DNA of 64,000 bases, from assembly GCA_947454705.1 (NCBI GenBank), contig CANGKZ010000002.1, forward strand, positions 78,882 to 142,881, given 5' to 3'. Position numbers and translations under genes: made by a program. Shown one piece after another: positions 18,813-26,448 of the stretch. The stretch is from Verrucomicrobiota bacterium. Lineage in GTDB: Bacteria; Verrucomicrobiota; Verrucomicrobiia; Limisphaerales; UBA9464. Positions within the stretch are counted from its first letter, which is position 1; the number at the start of each line of letters is the position of its first letter. The notes under the pieces were generated by a model. It saw nothing but the letters and a program-made list of their open reading frames with translations, was not told the DNA's origin and searched no databases.

Positions 18813-21038
18813 ATGTCCTTCCGTGCCATCCAATTCGCCCTGGCTCTGCTCCTTTTTGGAGCGGTGGTGCGTGGGGATGTGCTGATCCAGGAGGTCGTGT
18901 CGCGCGAGCTCTCTGTGCACGTGGGCGGCATTCAAACGCCCGAGATTCGGGAGGTGGTGTCGCGGGAGATCTCCTTCTCCGTGGCCAATGGCTCCGAGGA
19001 TTCAATTCACGAATTGATCTCCCGCGAGATCAGTATCGTGAACACCACCCCGGAGCCGCCGCCGATCCTCTCCGGTTTGCGTGCCACGCCGTCCGCGACC
19101 GGAGATCGGATCGCTTTGGATTGGAGCACTTACAATCCCTGGGAGGTTCGCGACGTGGCGCGGTTCGATGTTTACCTGCTGCCGACGAGTGGGGGATCGG
19201 TGACGGGGTTGACTCCGGTGATGAGCGTGGGTGGGGAGACACTCCAGGCAACATTGGACGGATTGGCCCCCAATATTGATCGAACGGTAGCGGTGGTCGC
19301 TGTCGATGGTCTGGGCAACTTCAATGCGGAGGTGCATGCGGTGGGCGTCTACCTGATTTCACGCGAGGTTGTGTCGCGCGAACTGACAGTGTTCGTTGGG
19401 TCGGATGCCAATTCCCCCTACCGCGAAGTGGCTTCGCGCGAAGTGAGTGTTCTGTTTTCCACCCCCGAGCCCCCGCCCGCCGTCACGGGCCTTCGAACCC
19501 GCCGATCTGACACCGGCGAATCCGTGGCGCTCGATTGGAGCACGTACAATCCATGGGAAGTGCGGGATGTGGCCCGGTTTGAAATCTACTACGCCGATCA
19601 TTTGTTCACCTCGGTGGCCGGCATGACGCCGGTGTTGTCGGTCGGGGCGGAATCGCTGACGGCCGTGGTCAACGGACTTCCCAGAACTGGGGATCACTTC
19701 CTGGCGGTGGTGCCAGTGGATGGCGGCGGACAGTTCATTTCCGCGGTTAACGCCGCCGGGGCTTATCAGTTCGTCGGTGAAGTGGTGTCGCGTGAGGTGT
19801 CGATGTTTGTGGGGGATGATTCCGGGCATCCGATGACTTCGCTGGTCTCACGGGAAGTGAGTGTGGTGGTTCCCGACGCCGACACGCCGCCGCCAGTAAC
19901 AGGCATCGGAGGCGGATTCACTGCGGTGACTTCGGTGGTGAGGCCACGGGCGCTGGATCTGAACTGGTCCGCGTATCCGGAGGACGACCAGCGCGATGTG
20001 GTGCGCTACCGAGTCTATATTCGCGATTCGTTCTTCACCACGATTGATCCCGAATGGCCGTACCAGGTCTCGGCCGATGGCAACCGCAGGGCCACGGTGG
20101 ATGGTCTGCAAAGCGCGCGGATCTACTACGTCGCCGTGGTGGCGGAGGATGCGTTGGGGAACTTCAACCCATCGGTCCAGTCGGTGTCCGCCATCACCAC
20201 GTCGGCCCTCGTGCTCTCGGTGCCCACGCTCACGGCGCGGGTGGGCCTGCCGCTGACGTACCAGGTGGGAGTCACGGAGCAGGATCTGACCGCATACGCG
20301 TTGCGATTCGAACTGGTTTCCGGACCCACGGGTCTGACGGTGGGGGCGGACGGAATGTTGCGTTGGACTCCGTCCGCCCTGCAGTCGCATCGGACGCATC
20401 CGGTCACGGTCCGCGTCACGGACAACGGCCGCCCGACGGCCAGTGCGGAGGGTCAGTTGCTGATCGCGGTGGAGGGCGACAATGCGCCGCCAATTGCGAA
20501 CCCGGATTCCTTCACCCGGCCCAATACGGAAACCATCGCCAAGATCCGCCTGAGCGCATTGCTTTCGAATGATTCCGATCCCGATGGAGACGCACTGTCG
20601 GTCCTGTCGGTCGGCAATGCGACGCCTGCTGGTGCCTCGGTCTCGATCGTTGGAGGCTGGGCAGTGTACGTGGCGCCGTCGAAGCAGGCGGGGAATGGCC
20701 AGTTCTCCTACACGCTGTGGGATGGAATCGGAGGGCACGAGGTGACGACCACGGTTGTGGTTCAGGAAATCGGACCCGACACGTCGAACGCCGGGGCGCA
20801 ACCAGTCTTCATCGGAGCCGAGGGAGCCGACTTCCGTCTCAAATTCGTGGGTGTGCCTGGACGGATGTACCGGATTCAGTACGCGACCGAGTCCGCGCCG
20901 CCCTATCTCTGGCGCGAGTTTGTTCCCGCCGCGATTTATCAGGGTTCGCAGGGGATCGATGCCGGATTCTTCGAACACCTCGATGTGAATCCTCCGCAAT
21001 CGCTTCGTCTTTACCGCGCAATTCCCCATGCCAACTAG
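18813..21038 (+). CDS. secreted multidomain protein: 7x VSRExS motif, 3 FN3-like modules, He_PIG/dystroglycan-type Ig, cadherin-like domain and a C-terminal FYR-type beta-sandwich
   Basis: ORF 18753..21038 trimmed to ATG 18813 (MSFRAIQFALALLLFGAVVRG). Modules 1 and 2 share the string DWSTYNPWEVRDVARF. LTYQVGVTE...LVSGPTGLTVGADGMLRWTP looks like a putative-Ig domain. NAPPIANPDSF...NDSDPDGDALSV is cadherin/VCBS-like. Confidence 0.8.
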   Translation: MSFRAIQFALALLLFGAVVRGDVLIQEVVSRELSVHVGGIQTPEIREVVSREISFSVANGSEDSIHELISREISIVNTTPEPPPILSGLRATPSATGDRIALDWSTYNPWEVRDVARFDVYLLPTSGGSVTGLTPVMSVGGETLQATLDGLAPNIDRTVAVVAVDGLGNFNAEVHAVGVYLISREVVSRELTVFVGSDANSPYREVASREVSVLFSTPEPPPAVTGLRTRRSDTGESVALDWSTYNPWEVRDVARFEIYYADHLFTSVAGMTPVLSVGAESLTAVVNGLPRTGDHFLAVVPVDGGGQFISAVNAAGAYQFVGEVVSREVSMFVGDDSGHPMTSLVSREVSVVVPDADTPPPVTGIGGGFTAVTSVVRPRALDLNWSAYPEDDQRDVVRYRVYIRDSFFTTIDPEWPYQVSADGNRRATVDGLQSARIYYVAVVAEDALGNFNPSVQSVSAITTSALVLSVPTLTARVGLPLTYQVGVTEQDLTAYALRFELVSGPTGLTVGADGMLRWTPSALQSHRTHPVTVRVTDNGRPTASAEGQLLIAVEGDNAPPIANPDSFTRPNTETIAKIRLSALLSNDSDPDGDALSVLSVGNATPAGASVSIVGGWAVYVAPSKQAGNGQFSYTLWDGIGGHEVTTTVVVQEIGPDTSNAGAQPVFIGAEGADFRLKFVGVPGRMYRIQYATESAPPYLWREFVPAAIYQGSQGIDAGFFEHLDVNPPQSLRLYRAIPHAN

Positions 21039-21732
21039 TGCCGTGAAGACATCACCCCTTGTGAAATCGCTCCGTCTCGCGCCGTGGATTGCATGGATGG
21101 CTCTCCCTGCGCTGGGCGATGTGATTACCGAACCCACGCGGTTCTATGCGGTGGGATTCGACATTCCGGACCATCAGGATCCGCCCCTGAACTTCGAAGT
21201 AACGATTCTGGATTCGACGATTTTCTCCGTCACGGAGGTGCGGGTGGGATTGAATTTGGTGGGGAGAAATGGAGGCGGGTTTGCGAGCGAGATGTATGTG
21301 GCGCTGAGTCACAACAGCTCGGCAACCAGTGTATTAATCAACAGGGTGGGGGTGACCGATACCGACCCGATTGGTGCCGGATACGATGGTTGGCAGGTGA
21401 CGTTTGCGGACAATGCGCCGGCGGGGAACATCCACACAGCGACCCTGGCGAGTGGGATCCTGACGGGGGAATACGCGCCCGATGCGCGGATCGAGGTCCC
21501 CTCGCTCTCTCTGCCCGCCTCCTTGTCGGTGTTCAGCGGCGGCGCCGGCAATGGAGTCTGGCGCCTGAGTGTCGGAGACCTCGCGCTCGGGGGGGAGATG
21601 CGACTGGAAAGCTGGTCGCTCTCCCTCTCGGGAACGAGCGTGGTCCCCGAGGCGTCATCTTGGTCGGCGGGCGCGCTTCTCGGGGTCCTCTGCGCCGGTA
21701 GCTACTGGCGTCGGAGCCGGCGGCGATCGTGA
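21028..21732 (+). CDS. stand-alone proprotein-convertase P-domain-like protein with a PEP-CTERM anchor
   Basis: VTEVRVGLNLVG...EMYVALSHNSSATSVLINRVG...GEYAPD...LSVFSGGAGNGVWRLSVGDLALGGEMRLESWSLSL matches the P-domain pattern. The C-terminus VPEASSWSAGALLGVLCAGSYWRRSRRRS is PEP-like plus TM plus a basic tail. It overlaps the upstream gene by 11 nt. Confidence 0.7.
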   Translation: MPTSAVKTSPLVKSLRLAPWIAWMALPALGDVITEPTRFYAVGFDIPDHQDPPLNFEVTILDSTIFSVTEVRVGLNLVGRNGGGFASEMYVALSHNSSATSVLINRVGVTDTDPIGAGYDGWQVTFADNAPAGNIHTATLASGILTGEYAPDARIEVPSLSLPASLSVFSGGAGNGVWRLSVGDLALGGEMRLESWSLSLSGTSVVPEASSWSAGALLGVLCAGSYWRRSRRRS

Positions 21733-22715
21733 GCTTCCGGCAGCGCTCGACGCATCGTGGCGTGGACTCGACGAATGGACGGGTGCATCGCATGGTGCCG
21801 GGCATGACGCATTCGATGCGACCGATGATAAAGTGGATGATGGGGGCCCTCGCAGGGCTGATCCTGACGGGACGCCTTTGGGGCGCGGCCCTGGTGTTTC
21901 AAACCGATTTCGGCCTGAAGGACGGCGCCGTCTCGGCCATGAAGGGCGTGGCGTTCGGTGTGGATCCGAACCTTCACCAGTTCGATCTCACCCACGAGAT
22001 CCCCGCCTTCAATGTGTGGGAGGCGGCCTTCCGACTGAAGCAGACCGTGCAGTACTGGCCCGCCGGGACCGTGTTCGTGAACGTGGTGGATCCCGGCGTG
22101 GGAACTGAGCGACGCGCCATCGTCGCGAAAACCCGCGGCGGACATTACATCGTCACTCCCGACAACGGCACGCTGACCTTCCTCGCGGAGACCCCGGGTC
22201 TTGAAGAAGTGCGGGTCATCGACATTGCGCGTCAGCGTCTGAAGGGCAGCGAAGAGAGCTACACCTTCCACGGTCGGGATCTGTTCGCGTACGTGGGCGC
22301 CCGCATCGCCGCTGGGAAACTGGAGTTCCGCGACTGCGGCGTGCGGATGACCAACGACGTGGTGCGGCTTCCGTATGAGCACGCGCGTCGCGACGGAAAC
22401 CGGCTCATCGGCACCATCCCCGTGCTCGACGTTCAGTACGGCAACGTGTGGTCCAACCTTCCCAAGCGCCTCTTCCAGGAATTGAACCCCAAGGTGGGAG
22501 AATCATTTGTGGTACGCATCGGCCGCGGCGGCCGCGTGGTGTGGGAGGGGCGGGTGCCCTACGGCGAAACCTTTGGTGCGGTGCCCCCGGGCAAGCCGGT
22601 GTTGTTCCTCAACAGCCTGCTCGAAGTGGCGGTGGCGTTGAACCAGGACAGCTTTGCCGCGGTGAACCAAGTGGCGAGCGGAGCGGATTGGACGTTTGAA
22701 GTGTCGAGGCCGTGA
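21729..22715 (+). CDS. SAM hydroxide adenosyltransferase / SAM hydrolase family (DUF62) protein with an N-terminal hydrophobic leader
   Basis: LVFQTDFGLKDGAVSAMKGV, VNVVDPGVGTERR and HYIVTPDNGTL are DUF62 signatures. The start is uncertain: GTG 21729 (GTGA overlap with the upstream stop) or an internal ATG at 21792, 21816 or 21825. All of them precede the hydrophobic MMGALAGLILTGRLWGAA. Confidence 0.8.
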   Translation: MSFRQRSTHRGVDSTNGRVHRMVPGMTHSMRPMIKWMMGALAGLILTGRLWGAALVFQTDFGLKDGAVSAMKGVAFGVDPNLHQFDLTHEIPAFNVWEAAFRLKQTVQYWPAGTVFVNVVDPGVGTERRAIVAKTRGGHYIVTPDNGTLTFLAETPGLEEVRVIDIARQRLKGSEESYTFHGRDLFAYVGARIAAGKLEFRDCGVRMTNDVVRLPYEHARRDGNRLIGTIPVLDVQYGNVWSNLPKRLFQELNPKVGESFVVRIGRGGRVVWEGRVPYGETFGAVPPGKPVLFLNSLLEVAVALNQDSFAAVNQVASGADWTFEVSRP

Positions 22716-22728
22716 GGGCGCAGGCGGC

Positions 22729-22762
22729 GGTTGAAGGGTTGAAAAGTTGAAGCGTTGAAGAG
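22729..22762. repeat. GTTGAAGN octamer array (x4)
   Basis: ggttgaagggttgaaaagttgaagcgttgaaga lies 14 nt after the DUF62 stop. Confidence 0.6.
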
Positions 22763-22777
22763 GGGGCGCGGTTCAAT

Positions 22778-22982
22778 TTTGGAGTGCGGTGGCAGAGCGG
22801 AGCGTCGACACCGCTTTCGAAACCGGCTGTGTTGCAACACCGACCGGCGACCCGCCGCATGCGTACCAGAAACAGAATTCTCAACCGCTCTGCGTCTCCG
22901 CGTCTCTGCGGTTCCTTGCTTCAGTTCGTCGGTGGAGGTTGAGCAAAGCGGCGTGGCGCTGCGCTTCCCGCCGCACTCCAAA
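22778..22982. mobile_element. family-1 MITE/BIME-like element, copy B (205 bp)
   Basis: The left end is TTTGGAGTGCGGTGGCAGAGCGGAGCGTCGACACCGCTTTCGAAACCGG...ACCGACCGG. The right end is GCAAAGCGGCGTGGCGCTGCGCTTCCCGCCGCACTCCAAA. It lies between convergent genes. Confidence 0.65.
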
Positions 22983-23026
22983 GGGCCGTACGCGTTGTCT
23001 GATGCAAGGCCGCCGTCTTGCGACAG

Positions 23027-23953
23027 CTACTCGGTGAACTCGAGAGTTCGCATCAGATTCTCCGAGGCGGAACGGCACAGGCCGACGAAGGTTTCCTCGG
23101 CGATGGTCATGCGACGCCCCCGCCAATGCAGGACACCCCAGTCGCGCTTCAGCTGGCGTCGTCCGAGCGGCAATCCCACCAGCGATCCATCGCGCACCTC
23201 CTGCTGGGCAACCCACGGGGCCATGATGCTCACGCCCAGACCCAGCTTCACCATCTCCTTGATCGCCTCCATGCTGCCGAGCTCGATCACCGTGTTGAGC
23301 ACGATGTCCTCCTTGCGGAAGTATTCGTCCACGAGTCGGAAGGTGTGCGACGACTTGCGGTAGATGATGAGGTTCTGTCGCGCGATCTCGCCGCGCGGCA
23401 CCGTCCCGGCACGGGCCCACGGATGAAGCGGTGAGGTGATGAAGACGAGCTGGTCGGAGAACAGGGGCAGGAATTCAAACCGCTCATCGGCCATGGGCTG
23501 CAACGCCACGGCCAGATCCATGCGCTGTCGTTCGAGTCCCTGGACCAGCTCGCTGGTGTCGCCCGGCTCCACCTGGATCAGGCTTTGCGGGAAGCTTTCC
23601 TTGAACTCCCGCAGCACCGGCGGAAGGAGCACCTGGCAGATCGAAGTGGTGGTACCAATCCTGAGACGCCCGCGTCCCCACTTGCCCAGATGCTCAATGC
23701 CGTCGCGCGCTGCAATCATTTCGCGCAGCACGATCTGCGCATGTTTGAGAAGGTGTTCGCCCGCCTGGGTGAGCATCACTTTCTTGCCCACCCTGTCCAA
23801 AAGACGACAACCGATGTCGCTTTCCAACGCCTTCATCGAGTGGCTGACGGCACTCTGGGTGAGGAAGAGTTCACGAGCGGTGTGCGTGAAACTCCCGGTT
23901 CTAGCGAGGATGACAAACGCTTGGAGCTGTCTGCTGTCGAGTGGGCCCTTCAT
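23027..23953 (-). CDS. LysR-family transcriptional regulator
   Basis: ORF 23027..24073 trimmed to ATG 23953 (MKGPLDSRQLQAFVILARTGSFTHTARELFLTQSAVSHSMKALE, winged HTH). A LysR substrate-binding fold region follows. It is divergent from the nitrate operon. Confidence 0.9.
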   Translation of the reverse strand: MKGPLDSRQLQAFVILARTGSFTHTARELFLTQSAVSHSMKALESDIGCRLLDRVGKKVMLTQAGEHLLKHAQIVLREMIAARDGIEHLGKWGRGRLRIGTTTSICQVLLPPVLREFKESFPQSLIQVEPGDTSELVQGLERQRMDLAVALQPMADERFEFLPLFSDQLVFITSPLHPWARAGTVPRGEIARQNLIIYRKSSHTFRLVDEYFRKEDIVLNTVIELGSMEAIKEMVKLGLGVSIMAPWVAQQEVRDGSLVGLPLGRRQLKRDWGVLHWRGRRMTIAEETFVGLCRSASENLMRTLEFTE

Positions 23954-23955
23954 GA

Positions 23956-23970
23956 ATGAACCTGTTTCAT
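23956..23970. promoter_or_regulatory. candidate LysR box (T-N11-A dyad)
   Basis: ATGAAcctgtTTCAT is a perfect 5+5 dyad containing TGAA-N5-TTCA. It lies 3 nt upstream of the LysR start, in the divergent gap to the nitrate operon. Confidence 0.45.
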
Positions 23971-24120
23971 TGAAACCAGTTGGATTTAGAGGAGCACTCA
24001 TTCGGCCAACTTTTGGATTTCGGCATTCCGGCGGCTTGTGGTGCCGGCGTGACGACCGCAATCCATGCACCACAACGCGCCTCCGGGACGGGGACGGTGC
24101 GTTCCAATTCCGGGTCCGGA

Positions 24121-25173
24121 ATGCCGATCCGGCTCGGATTCGTGCCGTTGAACGACTGCGCCCCGGTGATTGTGGCGCGGGAGCGCGGACTCTTTGAGCG
24201 GCATGGATTGCGCGTCCGCCTGAGCCGCGAGCTCGGCTGGGCCACGGTGCGCGACAAGCTCGCGCAGGGAGAGCTCGATGCCGCGCATGCGCCGTGCGGA
24301 CTCCCGCTCGTGCTCGCCGCGGGACTCCAGTGCGTGCCGACGGACACGGTCGCCGGCATGATCCTCAACCTGGAGGGCAATGCGATCACCCTCGGACAAA
24401 ACCTCTGGGACGCCGGCGTGCGCGATGCCGCGACCCTCCGGGCCTACATCCTCCAGAACCGCGGCCGGCGGGTGCTCACGTTTGGTACGGTCTCTTCGAA
24501 CTCCTCCCATTCTCATCTGCTTCGCACCTGGTTGAACTCGGGTGGCGGCGCCGTGGATCACGAGGTGCGGCTGGCGGTGGTGCCGCCGCCGCAGATGCAG
24601 GCCAACCTGGCTGCGGGTCATCTCGATGGATTCTGCGCGGGCGAGCCGTGGAACAGCCACGCGGTGTCGGAGGGCTCCGGCTGGATCGCGGCGACAAGCC
24701 GCACCGTGGCTCCGGGGCATCCGGAAAAGGCGCTGGTGGCTCGCGCGGATTTCGCACGCCGCCGATCGGAGGAGCACGTGGCCCTGATGGCGGCGTTGCT
24801 GGAGGCGTGCAAGTGGTGCGCCGAGCCGGCGAATCATGAAGAGCTTGCATCCATGTTGGCCGACCGCCGGCACGTGGGGGTGGCCGCACCGCTGATCCGG
24901 CACGGGCTCTCGGGTCCGCTGCCGCGCGGATGCGGGCTCCCGCCGATCCCGGGCGGCACCTGTATCTTTTCCGGTCCGTGGGTGCACGAGCCCAGCCAGG
25001 ACCGCGCGGCCTGGATCGCGTCGAACCTGCTCGATCCCTCGCTTCGTTCCGCGTTCCCGGCGGAGCGTCTGGCCCAGATTTTCCAAGGCGACTGCCACCG
25101 CGCAGCGCTCGCACTTTCCGAACAACCCCATCCCGCACTCTCCTCCCGTGAAACCAACACACTCCCTGCCTGA
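24121..25173 (+). CDS. NrtA/NasS-like nitrate-binding-fold protein without a signal peptide (putative cytoplasmic sensor)
   Basis: ORF 23980..25173 trimmed to ATG 24121 (MPIRLGFVPLNDCAPVIVARERGLF). It has PPPQMQANLAAGHLDGFCAGEPWN. No hydrophobic or Tat leader is present. Confidence 0.8.
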   Translation: MPIRLGFVPLNDCAPVIVARERGLFERHGLRVRLSRELGWATVRDKLAQGELDAAHAPCGLPLVLAAGLQCVPTDTVAGMILNLEGNAITLGQNLWDAGVRDAATLRAYILQNRGRRVLTFGTVSSNSSHSHLLRTWLNSGGGAVDHEVRLAVVPPPQMQANLAAGHLDGFCAGEPWNSHAVSEGSGWIAATSRTVAPGHPEKALVARADFARRRSEEHVALMAALLEACKWCAEPANHEELASMLADRRHVGVAAPLIRHGLSGPLPRGCGLPPIPGGTCIFSGPWVHEPSQDRAAWIASNLLDPSLRSAFPAERLAQIFQGDCHRAALALSEQPHPALSSRETNTLPA

Positions 25174-26410
25174 CGCCGGTCGCCGGCAATTCCTCAAACG
25201 CTCCGCCACGGCCGCGCTGCTGGCGGGTCTGCCCACCGGTTGGAGCGGACGCGTGTTCGCCGATGATTCCCCGGAAACCCCGAACTGCCGCTGTGGCATC
25301 ATCGCCCTCACCGACTGCTCCCCGTTCGTCATCGGCGCCGAGAAGGGCTTCTTCAAGAAGTACGGCTTGAACGTGACCATCGCCAAGGGCGCGAACTGGG
25401 CCGCGATCCGCGATTCGCTTTCCAACAACGACAATCAATTTACCCACATGCTGCTCGGCATGCCGTTCGCGTCGTCGATGGGCCTGCTGGGATCGCCGAA
25501 GAAGCCGATGGTGATTCCCTGGATCGTGAGCCGGAATGGACAGGCCATCACGCTCAAGTCCGAGTTCAAAGGCCAGGTGAAGGACGACGCGAAGGCGCTG
25601 CTCCCGATGGTGAAGAAGGCCAAGGGCCTGGGTGAGCCGCTGACATTCGCCATGACCTTCCCGCCGGGCACGCACGCCATGTGGCTCCGCTACTGGCTCG
25701 CCGCGGGCGGCATCCATCCCGACAAGGACGTTTCGCTCATCACCATCCCGCCTCCTCAGATGGTGGCGAACATGAAGGTGGGCAAGATGGACGGCTTCTG
25801 CGTGGGCGAGCCATGGAATGCCCGTGCGGTGGCGGACAACATCGGCTACACCGCCATCACCACCCAGGCGATCTGGAAGGATCATCCCGAGAAGGTCTGC
25901 GCCTTTACCCGCGAATTTGCGGAGAAGAATCCGAAGACCGTGAAGGCCGTGCTGAAGGGGTTGAACGAGGCGAGCGTGTGGCTCGACAAGATGGAGAACC
26001 GCCCTGAGCAGTGCGACATCGTCAGCAAGCCCAACTACATCAACTGCCAGAAGGAGATCATACTCGGGCGTCTGCTGGGCGACTACAACCTCGGGGACGG
26101 CCGGACCTACAAGGATCCGAATCCGATGATCTTCAGTCAGCGCAACTGCAACTACCCGCAGGCCAAGTTCGGCATCTGGTGGCTCACGCAGTTCCGCCGC
26201 TGGGGCATGGTGACCGGCGCGCCAGATTATCAGGGCATCGCATCGCAGGTGTTCCGTGCCGATCTGTACGAGGAGGCGATGAAGGAAATCGGCCACACCC
26301 ACGGCGGTGTGGATGCGAAGCCGGAAACGTTCTTCGACGGCGGCGTGTTCGATCCCGCCCAGCCCGAGGCCTACGCGAAGGCGTTCCCGGTGAACAATCT
26401 CAAGGGCTGA
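25148..26410 (+). CDS. nrtA: nitrate/nitrite ABC transporter substrate-binding protein with a Tat leader
   Basis: GTG start. It has the RRQFLKRSATAALLAGL twin-arginine leader, LTDCSPFVIGAEKGFFKKYGL, PPPQMVANMKVGKMDGFCVGEPWN and WWLTQFRRWGM. Confidence 0.85.
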   Translation: MKPTHSLPDAGRRQFLKRSATAALLAGLPTGWSGRVFADDSPETPNCRCGIIALTDCSPFVIGAEKGFFKKYGLNVTIAKGANWAAIRDSLSNNDNQFTHMLLGMPFASSMGLLGSPKKPMVIPWIVSRNGQAITLKSEFKGQVKDDAKALLPMVKKAKGLGEPLTFAMTFPPGTHAMWLRYWLAAGGIHPDKDVSLITIPPPQMVANMKVGKMDGFCVGEPWNARAVADNIGYTAITTQAIWKDHPEKVCAFTREFAEKNPKTVKAVLKGLNEASVWLDKMENRPEQCDIVSKPNYINCQKEIILGRLLGDYNLGDGRTYKDPNPMIFSQRNCNYPQAKFGIWWLTQFRRWGMVTGAPDYQGIASQVFRADLYEEAMKEIGHTHGGVDAKPETFFDGGVFDPAQPEAYAKAFPVNNLKG

Positions 26411-26448
26411 GCCGGGCCCGAAAACCCAGTCGCTGATTCCGAATTCCG

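Noticed and set aside
22559-22981. ORFs inside the family-1/-2/-4 repeats (peptides such as ECGGRAERRHRFRNR, RCRRSALPPHSK, NRRWTQMNADG, FLLSCFPNS; for example 22559..22981-, 2638..3093-, 39414..39653-, 44826..45011-, 59951..60421-)
   Set aside because: The same peptide strings recur only because the DNA repeat recurs. They occur in both orientations, lack starts in consistent positions, and sit in gaps between convergent genes. They are treated as repeat DNA, not genes.
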